Shown one piece after another: positions 26,541 to 34,807 of a stretch of 56,087 bases of DNA (position 1 is the stretch's first letter; every line of letters starts with the position of its first letter). The translations under genes were made by a program, and so were the position numbers. A model generated the notes under the pieces. The model was not told the origin of the DNA, did not search any database, and worked only from the letters and a program-made list of their open reading frames with translations. The stretch comes from a virus (lineage: Duplodnaviria > Caudoviricetes): IMG/VR virus record IMGVR_UViG_3300022074_000048, positions 1-56,087 of that record; one strand, given 5' to 3'.

Positions 26541-26629
26541 TGGTGCGAACGGTGGGACTCGAACCCACACGACCCGTGTCTGTCGACGGATTTTAAGTCC
26601 GTTGCGTCTACCAATTCCGCCACGCTCGC
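26541..26629 (-). tRNA. tRNA-Leu (anticodon UAA)
   Basis: GCGAGCG/CGTTCGC acceptor stem plus ACCA, D-loop AATTGGTA, ACGGA-CTTAAAA-TCCGT anticodon arm, long variable arm, GTGGG-TTCGAGT-CCCAC T arm. Confidence 0.97.
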
Positions 26630-26633
26630 AAAA

Positions 26634-26861
26634 TTATACATCTTGTTGCTCTGGGGCAAATAAACCTTCGCCGTAATCTTTGCGGCCCAGTTCCATGTTC
26701 CAACCAACATTATATTCAGAAATCTCTATTTGAGACAAATCTTCTGTTTTGACCGTATACCCCCGACTGTTGATAAAGTCGACGCGGTGAGGATTGTAGG
26801 ACCGACCGCTGTAACGGTCAGCCCCCCCACGGTCATATGGTGAACCGTGAGCTTTATTCAT
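26634..26861 (-). CDS. Conserved small phage protein
   Basis: HGSPYDRG.AD.Y.GR...PH...EY..G motif. Confidence 0.7.
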   Translation of the reverse strand: MNKAHGSPYDRGGADRYSGRSYNPHRVDFINSRGYTVKTEDLSQIEISEYNVGWNMELGRKDYGEGLFAPEQQDV

Positions 26862-27406
26862 GACGCAGCCCTCATAAACTGACGCTGGTACTGATCTAAT
26901 ATAGTCTGTGTCAAGCGGATGGGGATATTATCGTCAAGATCTTTAGCAACGAACCGACCAAAATCAGTAAGAGACCACTCAAGCTCCCGTGCGGTAACAC
27001 CGATAGCACTTGAAGTAATCAACCCAACATCACGTGGACGGCTAAGAACAGAGGATAAGGAATTATCGTGAGTATAACCTATCGCTGCAGCTAACTGTGG
27101 CGTCCGAAGTGGGCCCAAAGACCTATTCTTATAAAGGCAAACAAGCACCTGCCATGTACGGTATTGAGACCGTGTATCGTCAAGAACTTTATCGTGGTTG
27201 AATGGTACAACTGAGCTACCTAACGTGGGTGCAGTTGTATTTACTTCCATCTCGACATGCTCTTCCCAAATTTCTGGGTACATAGAAGCAATTAAGAAGG
27301 CGATCTGTTTTGAAGGTGTGCGGAACTCTTTATCAGCAACAGCTTTCAATACACGAAACGTAGGCAACTCAACAGCTACCGACTTATGACTTTCGATATT
27401 TGTCAT
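26858..27406 (-). CDS. DNA-binding protein (ribbon-helix-helix plus winged helix)
   Basis: N-terminal KSVAV....F..L...A..E.RT...QI; C-terminal LAAAIG...GLI....WSLTDFG. Confidence 0.65.
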   Translation of the reverse strand: MTNIESHKSVAVELPTFRVLKAVADKEFRTPSKQIAFLIASMYPEIWEEHVEMEVNTTAPTLGSSVVPFNHDKVLDDTRSQYRTWQVLVCLYKNRSLGPLRTPQLAAAIGYTHDNSLSSVLSRPRDVGLITSSAIGVTARELEWSLTDFGRFVAKDLDDNIPIRLTQTILDQYQRQFMRAAS

Positions 27407-27519
27407 TTAGCTTTCTCCCTATATGACAAGATTCAAGTTAATGAACGCTTCATTAACTGCTACTATAGTAAACTAACAAAACTAAGAAGTTTAGTCTCAA
27501 AATAAACTATTTTATGAGT

Positions 27520-27548
27520 AAAAAAAGAGACGGCTCGAAAGCCGTCTC
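27520..27548 (-). terminator. Intrinsic terminator
   Basis: GAGACGGCU-UUCG-AGCCGUCUC then UUUUUUU. Confidence 0.85.
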
Positions 27549-27572
27549 AAGTTAAGGGAGGAATACAAGAAG

Positions 27573-28049
27573 TCATCTTGCTTTTTCAAGTCTGACAGAA
27601 AGCGGATCAAAAAGATAGCCGTCTATTAATCTCGACCACGCATCATGCGATCCAGTGATGTGCCAATATTTTAAATCCTCAAGATTTTTAACCGAGCTAT
27701 TTCGATCGTGTATCACTACACCATGACCATCATCCCAATAAACGCCCCAAGCACAACGCAAATCCCAAGATCCTTGGTTACTAGCGATCCCTAATCCATT
27801 AGGAAAATGGTCAGGATGTATATCAGGAGGTCCGATATAAGTTTCAATATCAGAAAATGCAGCTTCACCGAACCCAATTAACGGGTATCGGCACACTGAA
27901 TCAATAATACGCTCTTGCGGCATTGTCTTGGGATCAAGAAGCATTTGTTTTAATTTACCCATAACTTTTTCCTTTCTATCTGGGTCCATCCATTGACGAC
28001 GAGCTACGCGAATAGCTTCGTCGTCATCGAAATCAATATCCTTCGTCAT
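27573..28049 (-). CDS. Hypothetical protein
   Basis: 158 aa ORF with GAGG RBS. Confidence 0.6.
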   Translation of the reverse strand: MTKDIDFDDDEAIRVARRQWMDPDRKEKVMGKLKQMLLDPKTMPQERIIDSVCRYPLIGFGEAAFSDIETYIGPPDIHPDHFPNGLGIASNQGSWDLRCAWGVYWDDGHGVVIHDRNSSVKNLEDLKYWHITGSHDAWSRLIDGYLFDPLSVRLEKAR

Positions 28050-28224
28050 AGAAAACCTCTACTCTTATGCAAACTGCTTCTTGGTTAAGAGGCATATCCT
28101 CCCAAAAAATTTGAGTAGAAGACACATAGCACTGAGCTATCGTATCAAAATAACCAAGGGACTTAGTTTCAAACTCACTAAACCCCTCGGCAATTATCAA
28201 AAGTAAAACCCACTTAACCATCAA
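28033..28224 (-). CDS. Small protein with hydrophobic N-terminus and a Cys pair
   Basis: WVLLLI...FDT...C...C pattern. Confidence 0.55.
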   Translation of the reverse strand: MMVKWVLLLIIAEGFSEFETKSLGYFDTIAQCYVSSTQIFWEDMPLNQEAVCIRVEVFYDEGY

Positions 28225-28505
28225 GCGGCAACGTGCTGACTTGCACTATCATAATAAGCGTTTTCATGCATCTCGACTAAACGCTTACGATAAACCTCAG
28301 CAAGGCTTAAATAACTTACAGCATTACCACGAAACACTGCTACGTGGTTAAAATGCCAATGATAAAAATGATCTGTAATGCCGCTACGACGTCTTTTAAT
28401 ACAATACTCAACTTGATCTTTAGCGTATTGAATATTAGCGTAGTAATTTTTCATCATGTGGGCGTAGTTTTTAAGAGTAGAATCAAACTCATATTTAGCA
28501 CTCAT
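28221..28505 (-). CDS. Hypothetical protein
   Basis: AAAGGA RBS. Confidence 0.6.
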   Translation of the reverse strand: MSAKYEFDSTLKNYAHMMKNYYANIQYAKDQVEYCIKRRRSGITDHFYHWHFNHVAVFRGNAVSYLSLAEVYRKRLVEMHENAYYDSASQHVAA

Positions 28506-28532
28506 AATAGTATCCTTTCTTAGTGCAAGAGG

Positions 28533-28745
28533 TTAGTGGGACGACTCGACATCCTCTACTAAACCGTGGGCGATAAGGTACTCACGATAAAAGTCTAGAC
28601 CCTCAGCGTTATCCTCGAAGTGCGGCTCGAAACCACTACCGATAATAGCAGAAGCTAGAAGATCAGCCTCAGGTCGATCCTCCTCTCGCAATGCTCGCCA
28701 TAAACAAATGGAAAGCGACTGCGATACTTTAATAGATGAACTCAT
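28533..28745 (-). CDS. Hypothetical protein
   Basis: AGGAG RBS; AT-rich upstream region. Confidence 0.6.
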   Translation of the reverse strand: MSSSIKVSQSLSICLWRALREEDRPEADLLASAIIGSGFEPHFEDNAEGLDFYREYLIAHGLVEDVESSH

Positions 28746-28820
28746 GACTGCTCCTATAATTTACTTTAGTAATTTATTATAGGGGGCAAAATTTAGTCAA
28801 TAAACTACAAAAAGCTGAAA

Positions 28821-29189
28821 CTACTCGTTGTAATATTCTTTACCGCTCGTTATCCACGCTTCAACTTCATCGTCAGTCATGCTGTCGAAGTCCGGTTCGA
28901 CACGGTGAAGAGGCATTGGTTTACGTTTCTTTTTAGGTTTCGGAGCGGCAGTTAATGTTCCCGCTGTATACCCGTTACGGTGTGTTTGTTTCTTTGCTCC
29001 GTAAGAAATAATTTTTTCTTCTGTATGGATTAATAACCCGCATCGTTTACATTTACGTCGACGTCTTAGAATTTCCCCGTCTTTTCTACTATCAACAACA
29101 GTAGTCATCTCAAACGTATGCGTTTTACACGGGTTGGGTTGAGTAAGCTGACTCGTCACCCCTCGTCCACCCTCTTGTGCTTTCGGCAT
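28821..29189 (-). CDS. NrdR-like zinc-ribbon protein (start uncertain)
   Basis: T.VVDSR....I.RRR.C..CG....T.E matches the NrdR N-terminal ribbon; no ATP-cone. Confidence 0.7.
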   Translation of the reverse strand: MPKAQEGGRGVTSQLTQPNPCKTHTFEMTTVVDSRKDGEILRRRRKCKRCGLLIHTEEKIISYGAKKQTHRNGYTAGTLTAAPKPKKKRKPMPLHRVEPDFDSMTDDEVEAWITSGKEYYNE

Positions 29190-31131
29190 GTTTTATCACC
29201 TTTTCCATTTCTTTTGCGTCACCCCAGTTCGGTCCTAAATCAACATCCACTTTGATCGGTACACTAAGTTCAACGCACTCCTCCATAATATCTTTGATCT
29301 TTTTGATTTGTTCAGGTGACTCGATTGAAAAATCAAGTTCGTCGTGAACTTGAATATGAGGAACGATACCCTCAGCGTATAACGACTGCATTGCTTTTTT
29401 AGTCATATCAGCCGCACTACCTTGAATCAGCCTATTCATGGCCTTATGAGTAAATGCTCTTTTGATTGCGTTGCCGTATTCTGCGTATGCCGTCTTATGG
29501 TCCATAATTTTTCGTGTGCCAAATTGAGCTGGTTCCCATTTATCAAATCGACACCGCCGTCCTAAGAGCGTACGAATACTTCCTTGTTTTGAAGCCCTCT
29601 GTACTGCCCGTTCGGATAGAGCTTTTACAAAAGGAACACGGTCGTGGTATTGAGAAAATAACTGTTTACCTTCATCTAGTGTCAGCCCGAGACTGTCGGA
29701 TAACTTCGTAACCCCCATAGAATAAAATAACCCGAGGTTGATATTCTTAGCTTGTTTACGCGGTATACCGGCCATGTCCGCTACGATCTGGTGGAAGTCG
29801 GCATCGTCCTGTTGAAAGGCGTCTACGGCGTCCTGTGCGCCCCTAAGACCCATCATATGGGCGTAGTGTACCACGATCCGTGGTTCCTGTTGCGAGTAGT
29901 CGAAAGCCCCCCATTGGCACCCTTCTTCAGGAATAAATAACGAACGAATTTTTGTTCCTATCTCCGGATCACGGGCGGGTACTTGCTGAAGATTCGGATT
30001 AGAATAACTAAAGCGTCCTGTTACCGTACCACCGTCATCTGAGCGCAAAGGATGTAATTCAGCGTGAATACGACCATCCACTTGGTTAGACATTATCATT
30101 CCGTCAATGAATGTAGTCCGCGCTTTATTCATCTTCCGCGCTTCTACAATCAACTTAGGCATATCGTGTTTATGAGATTCTAGCCAACTTTGTTGAAAAG
30201 AAGGAGAGCCAAGATCGGTTCGGGGGTATTCTATATTCAACCCATCAAATGCTTCCTGGATAGATTTATTAGCCCATACTTCAACGTTTTTGCCACAAAG
30301 TTTTTTTATTTGTTGAAGAGAGGCTTCTTCTTTAGCTCGAAACCATTTAGAGAGTTCATCAGCTTTATCTAAGTCTACTCGTACCCCGCGCCAACGCATC
30401 TCAATAAGTAGAGGCGTAATAGAAGATTCAAGATCAAAGATACTCCATAAGTCTTGCCGAGTCATTTCTCCCTTTTGCCATTCCCAAAGTTTAAGGGTAA
30501 GCAAAGCGTCTTGTTCTGCGTATGGACCTACATACATGGGGGGTAATTGATGTAACCCCCCTTTCGCATCGACATTCCAAGCTTCAGCGGCATCGCGCAA
30601 AAGGGACTCATCTTTTCTTTCTTGAAGATAGCTTTTACCAAGCGCATTAAGAGCATAACTAAACCTGTTTTCATCAATCAAAGGGGCAGACACCATTGTG
30701 TCAATGAGTTTGTTGCCGGACAAGGTAATACCCTCTCTGCGCATCCACCCAATATCATAGGAAGCGTTATGGCAAACGATATCAGCACCACCGTCGATTT
30801 GTGCTTGTAACCAATTTTTAACGAGCTTTTCATTTAAGTTGCCTCCGGCTTCATGTTTAACAGGTAAATAACCTGACCAAGATTCCGTAGCTACCGCGTA
30901 CCCTACAACGTGGCCTTCACCTCGCGCCCAACCTGCACCCTTCTCCTTTAGGGAAGGGTCTCGAGTTTCTAAGTCAATACATATTTCTTTAGCTTTGGTT
31001 AAGTCGGGAAGAACTTCTGGTGGTGTCCAATCACTATCAGGGGTAAAAAGAGGTTGTTGAATCGGGTTTTTTGGCATAGCTGGCTTCTTATCAGGTTTTA
31101 TCTGATTAGAGCTTACTATGTTATTAGTCAT
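29125..31131 (-). CDS. polA: DNA polymerase family A (3'-5' exonuclease plus polymerase)
   Basis: ExoI IDLET, ExoII HNASYD, ExoIII YAEQD, TVTGRFS..NPNLQQ, motif A DYSQQEPR, motif B RKQAKNINLGLFY, motif C VHDEL; start likely ATG 31131 or 31077. Confidence 0.95.
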   Translation of the reverse strand: MTNNIVSSNQIKPDKKPAMPKNPIQQPLFTPDSDWTPPEVLPDLTKAKEICIDLETRDPSLKEKGAGWARGEGHVVGYAVATESWSGYLPVKHEAGGNLNEKLVKNWLQAQIDGGADIVCHNASYDIGWMRREGITLSGNKLIDTMVSAPLIDENRFSYALNALGKSYLQERKDESLLRDAAEAWNVDAKGGLHQLPPMYVGPYAEQDALLTLKLWEWQKGEMTRQDLWSIFDLESSITPLLIEMRWRGVRVDLDKADELSKWFRAKEEASLQQIKKLCGKNVEVWANKSIQEAFDGLNIEYPRTDLGSPSFQQSWLESHKHDMPKLIVEARKMNKARTTFIDGMIMSNQVDGRIHAELHPLRSDDGGTVTGRFSYSNPNLQQVPARDPEIGTKIRSLFIPEEGCQWGAFDYSQQEPRIVVHYAHMMGLRGAQDAVDAFQQDDADFHQIVADMAGIPRKQAKNINLGLFYSMGVTKLSDSLGLTLDEGKQLFSQYHDRVPFVKALSERAVQRASKQGSIRTLLGRRCRFDKWEPAQFGTRKIMDHKTAYAEYGNAIKRAFTHKAMNRLIQGSAADMTKKAMQSLYAEGIVPHIQVHDELDFSIESPEQIKKIKDIMEECVELSVPIKVDVDLGPNWGDAKEMEKVIKHAESTRGWTRGDESAYSTQPV

Positions 31132-31537
31132 CTTGACTACCCCTACCGCACATCTCAGCGTCAATAAGAAACAAGTAACGACGCAAGTCTCGGATATCGT
31201 CCAGGATACCTTCAGGGCGTCTGTCCTCGTCCATAGCTGAGAAAATATCGTAGCTATGCCCTAGAACCTGTTTTTCGATACGATCCCATTTACGAGCCGC
31301 CATCATAAAGGCACCCACACCGCCGCGCTGTTTCCAACTATCGCCATAAGACTGCTCAGCTTTATGAAGCTCGTCGGCATCCTCTATACCAAGACACATA
31401 ACCCGATTAATAATCGCGCTCCGAGGCTCATCGGTAGCGTAGTTCGCACCCTCTAACAGTTTACGCTTCATAAACTCCTCATGGCGTTCTTGTTCTATTT
31501 CTTTCTTTCTAGCCATTCTACACAAGCCTTTCTCCAA
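31124..31537 (-). CDS. Nucleotide-modification-associated (Nmad1/DUF1599, MazG-like helical) protein
   Basis: SYGDSW..RG..G....ARKWDR...DDIRDLRRY; start may be ATG 31516. Confidence 0.7.
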   Translation of the reverse strand: MEKGLCRMARKKEIEQERHEEFMKRKLLEGANYATDEPRSAIINRVMCLGIEDADELHKAEQSYGDSWKQRGGVGAFMMAARKWDRIEKQVLGHSYDIFSAMDEDRRPEGILDDIRDLRRYLFLIDAEMCGRGSQDD

Positions 31538-32538
31538 TCTGACGCTTCTATTTCACGAGCTTTATCAATAGCCTCGTTAATCATTTGTTCTTTCCAGAGC
31601 CACCACGCTTCGACCATAGGTATTGCAGTCTTCGGAAAGATTTGGTTTTGGTATCCCAAAAAGGACTCACCCTTGTGGAGCCAATCGAAGAAGAGACAGA
31701 CTTCAACGTCGAACTCTTCCCATTTATCGACGAGCGGGACGGGTTGAAGCCCATACGCTTCATAAGGGTCTGGATGAATCCCTTGGGGAAGTTTTTCATC
31801 GAGTGGCCTCCATACATCTAAATATACATGAGGGTTATTGCTGACTTGATAATAACGTCCAAGCCCCATTCCCATACAGCTGGCTAGATATTCATGAACC
31901 ATACTAAAGTGCACAGCGTTCGCACCGTACATACCCCAGATTAGATCATTGGATCTATTCGTTACAGTCATGTCTAAATAATATTTATTCTGACGTTCCT
32001 GAGGAGGACGGGTTTTATCTCCGAAATACTCACCCCAATGGGCAACCGGACGACCGCGTAAGAAAACTTGTGTATTGCACGGAACGTCCTTAGATGAAGA
32101 ACCAAGGTCTTGGGTACAATCCCACATCTGAAGTACGGCGCGACGGTCTAATGGGTTCTTACGCAATAAGTCGATAACGGTAGATAATTGGTCGCGCCCA
32201 AACCATTCAGTCCAGCGGTAGCCATACGCACCGTTTACTAAAACACCATCATCCGAAAAGTCCGCCATCTTCTTAGCGAACATCGTTAGCGTTTTTAGAT
32301 CTTGCCGACCCGCGATCATCCACAGCCCTTCGATAAAATGAAAGAAGGGGTTACAGTTACGTTCCGCACTAAACAGAACACGCTCATTCGGTCTTTCGTA
32401 AATAGTCGTAAGTGGTGTCGGAAACGACAACACAGGACCATTGCGGGAGTCTGTCTCTAAAAGAGCTTGGTCTTCTCGCAAGTTCATAACAGCTACTTGA
32501 AATACCTCGTTGACATTTACACCGCGTATTACTTTCAT
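31495..32538 (-). CDS. Thymidylate synthase homologue, probable dUMP hydroxymethylase
   Basis: SRNG, RRAVL.MWD, catalytic KDVPCN, NRSNDLIWGMYGANAVHFS (Asn specificity residue, i.e. dUMP), NN.HVY. Confidence 0.85.
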   Translation of the reverse strand: MKVIRGVNVNEVFQVAVMNLREDQALLETDSRNGPVLSFPTPLTTIYERPNERVLFSAERNCNPFFHFIEGLWMIAGRQDLKTLTMFAKKMADFSDDGVLVNGAYGYRWTEWFGRDQLSTVIDLLRKNPLDRRAVLQMWDCTQDLGSSSKDVPCNTQVFLRGRPVAHWGEYFGDKTRPPQERQNKYYLDMTVTNRSNDLIWGMYGANAVHFSMVHEYLASCMGMGLGRYYQVSNNPHVYLDVWRPLDEKLPQGIHPDPYEAYGLQPVPLVDKWEEFDVEVCLFFDWLHKGESFLGYQNQIFPKTAIPMVEAWWLWKEQMINEAIDKAREIEASDWRKACVEWLERKK

Positions 32539-33362
32539 GGATATCTCCCTCGTGGTGCGCCTTCTCCGTTACGCACTCGTTCGTATTTATCAAACTCGCA
32601 AAGACTATGTTCGATATCCCGCATTTCTAATTTAGGCAAAAAATCTTTTGTTAAATGCAAGGGAGACATACTTAATAAGTCTCTCATTTCTGAATTAAAA
32701 TTATGTTTACGACTTTTAAAGTTCAGGGGTCTACCGTGTATACGGTTCAAGCCTCGCATGGCTCCAGGACCAGCATTAGCCCAAGTATAAATATCATCGG
32801 CTGAATGCAATAAATGTGTATGACGTAAATCAGTAATTAATTCATATGACATAAACGCTCCTAGGTACGGAAATTGCATAAACAAGTTCCAAGAACCACG
32901 GAGGTTGTTCGAACGGATATCATTGGCGAGTTGTTCGCGTTGGGGCCAGATACGGTTTACGCACCAAATCACCCCATCGACTTTATCCATCCCGTCAGGA
33001 GTTTTAATTATGTACCCACCCGTTACATATTTAGATTGCTTTTTGATTTCTTCCCGAGCAACCTCTGGGTTCCAATCTATATGTAAATTATTAGCGAGAA
33101 GAGTTTCACCTGTTTGGATAAGATTAAACCAACGAAAAATAACAGTTGCCATAAGAACAGCATCGTTATCTTTCAAAGGGTCGCGCATATTTTCCCTAAA
33201 CCAAACGGTGGTCTTGTCGTTCTCTCTAAAGGGATTAGTAAAGCGATAGGTCTTTAAAATCTCATCATCTGTCCACTGCTGGCGGGAGAGGCCCATATTC
33301 TTCTTTAGAAAAATACGATGCCTCTCCTCCATCCACCAAAAGAACCTTTCTATTGGTTCCAT
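32535..33362 (-). CDS. aGPT-Pplase1 / 5-hmdU DNA kinase helical-domain protein (stand-alone)
   Basis: F...ERH.I, WTDD.IL..YRFTN..RE.D.TT, FRWFN, G.FM.YE..TDL, GPGA.RGL, EH.LCEFDKY.R. Confidence 0.85.
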   Translation of the reverse strand: MEPIERFFWWMEERHRIFLKKNMGLSRQQWTDDEILKTYRFTNPFRENDKTTVWFRENMRDPLKDNDAVLMATVIFRWFNLIQTGETLLANNLHIDWNPEVAREEIKKQSKYVTGGYIIKTPDGMDKVDGVIWCVNRIWPQREQLANDIRSNNLRGSWNLFMQFPYLGAFMSYELITDLRHTHLLHSADDIYTWANAGPGAMRGLNRIHGRPLNFKSRKHNFNSEMRDLLSMSPLHLTKDFLPKLEMRDIEHSLCEFDKYERVRNGEGAPRGRYP

Positions 33363-34201
33363 TACTTCTTCCTCATAATCCAGTTTACATTATTAGCTGT
33401 TTCTGGATACGCAGTTGCGAGGATTACACGTTGCCAATGTTTATCAAACCGTCCCTCGATATCATCAATAACGTGTTGAGGCCAACGTAAATTAGCGCGG
33501 TGATTACCCTTAAAGTTATTCATTTGGGTAAACGTTCCGTAATGTTTTTCGATAACGAAATACTTTTCGAGGAGTTCTTTGAGTTCTTCATACCCCCATT
33601 CGTAGATGTGGTCTTTTGGCAGAATGTCGTTAGACCCATCGTGGTTCGGCGTCGAGACATACGCAATGCCGTTTGAACGGATTTTACGTGCGGCGGCTTC
33701 GATCCATGGCTCAATAAACTCTCTCCCCATGTGTTCAATAACTTCAGTTGTCATAAAAACATCTATCGACTCGTCTTCTATGGGGGGCTCAGGATCAATA
33801 GTTAAGTCCTGTAAAACGATACGACCTTTATTACCTGACATAGTTTGAAACCATTTATGTTCTGTAACGGGTAAATCGTCGTCCACCCACCAATCTTCTA
33901 AACAAGCAGGATCAATATCCATACCCGTATAGCTATTAACAATCTCAGCCTTACGAGAGACAAAGGCTTTATAGAGATAGCGCAATGTCCAAACTTCCCC
34001 GCAACCTATTTCAAGTATATCTACAGGTCGATCAAGTTTTTTAGCACGTTCCATAATCAGCTGACCCATTTTACAAAAACGACTGATGTGCGCCAGCTCA
34101 TCAGGTCGCCAGTTAGCCAGCGTACCCGCTGAAGCAATGTCCATACGGGTGTTCTTAGAATTATTCGCGTTTACCGCGAGTTTACGACGAATAGATGCCA
34201 T
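33362..34201 (-). CDS. Class I SAM-dependent methyltransferase
   Basis: ILEIGCG, GMDID, TEVIEH, VSTPN, DHIYEW; AGGAG RBS. Confidence 0.9.
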   Translation of the reverse strand: MASIRRKLAVNANNSKNTRMDIASAGTLANWRPDELAHISRFCKMGQLIMERAKKLDRPVDILEIGCGEVWTLRYLYKAFVSRKAEIVNSYTGMDIDPACLEDWWVDDDLPVTEHKWFQTMSGNKGRIVLQDLTIDPEPPIEDESIDVFMTTEVIEHMGREFIEPWIEAAARKIRSNGIAYVSTPNHDGSNDILPKDHIYEWGYEELKELLEKYFVIEKHYGTFTQMNNFKGNHRANLRWPQHVIDDIEGRFDKHWQRVILATAYPETANNVNWIMRKK

Positions 34202-34225
34202 TTATTTCTCCTAATAAAACTGGGT

Positions 34226-34316
34226 GGGGGAAGCTAACACTAAGGCTCAGGTACTTGATGTATTAACCAAACTGGCAAGGAACGCTTTTCCCATACGGCA
34301 CAAGCCAACTTCCCCC
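34226..34316 (-). ncRNA. Candidate structured RNA element in the leader of the modification operon
   Basis: GGGGGAAGUUGGC / GUUAGCUUCCCCC 13-bp closing stem (3 G-U pairs) enclosing two smaller hairpins. Confidence 0.5.
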
Positions 34317-34328
34317 GCATCGGTGAGA

Positions 34329-34739
34329 CTAGCTAAGAATACGAATGTATCCTTTGTCGACCATCTCACGATGATAGTGTTTATAAACGCGATCTACAGA
34401 CTGTTTAGACACGAGCTTTCCTTCAAGCTTTTCCCAAAACATACCGATAGTAATCCCGCCTTCAAACACTTCTAGCTCCTCTAAAATATGAAGCATCTGT
34501 TTTGGACCTTTATCTGGATACTTAACAAACTCGATCTTCGCGCCGACTTTTAAACGACCCGTAAGGCTACGACCCGCTTCAGCTTTTTTTACTTCCGCGA
34601 TAACTTCAGGTTCCATTATCTTCTTTCCTTTGTGATATTCAGAAGGCCATTTATTACGAGGCCACGTTTTTTGCTCACCAAAGTCATGATCAGGAGACCA
34701 CATCCATCCGTCTGACGATGTTTGAATCCAGCCGCCCAT
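34329..34739 (-). CDS. Winged-helix-like protein, paralogue 3 (divergent)
   Basis: GGAGG RBS; PKQM..IL..L....G......KQ...RVY.HY..EM...GYI aligns with paralogues 1 and 2. Confidence 0.7.
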   Translation of the reverse strand: MGGWIQTSSDGWMWSPDHDFGEQKTWPRNKWPSEYHKGKKIMEPEVIAEVKKAEAGRSLTGRLKVGAKIEFVKYPDKGPKQMLHILEELEVFEGGITIGMFWEKLEGKLVSKQSVDRVYKHYHREMVDKGYIRILS

Positions 34740-34807
34740 TTCAACCTCCAGTCCTACTTTCTAAAGAGTTTAGACTAGATATAGTGGCAGATAAAGCTCA
34801 AAATAAT

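Noticed and set aside
26541-26629. tRNA as an attP/integration site (prophage)
   Set aside because: No integrase, no duplicated tRNA 3' end and no host genes in the window
26207-26676. Plus-strand ORFs 26207..26476 and 26470..26676
   Set aside because: Against the local transcription direction; the second is antisense to the tRNA; TTG starts with no RBS
31495-32538. Ordinary ThyA or dCMP hydroxymethylase
   Set aside because: Has Asn, not Asp, at the specificity position and the WG.YGAN signature; lacks canonical ThyA LPPCH/PFN; its context is a modification cluster. Not excluded without an assay
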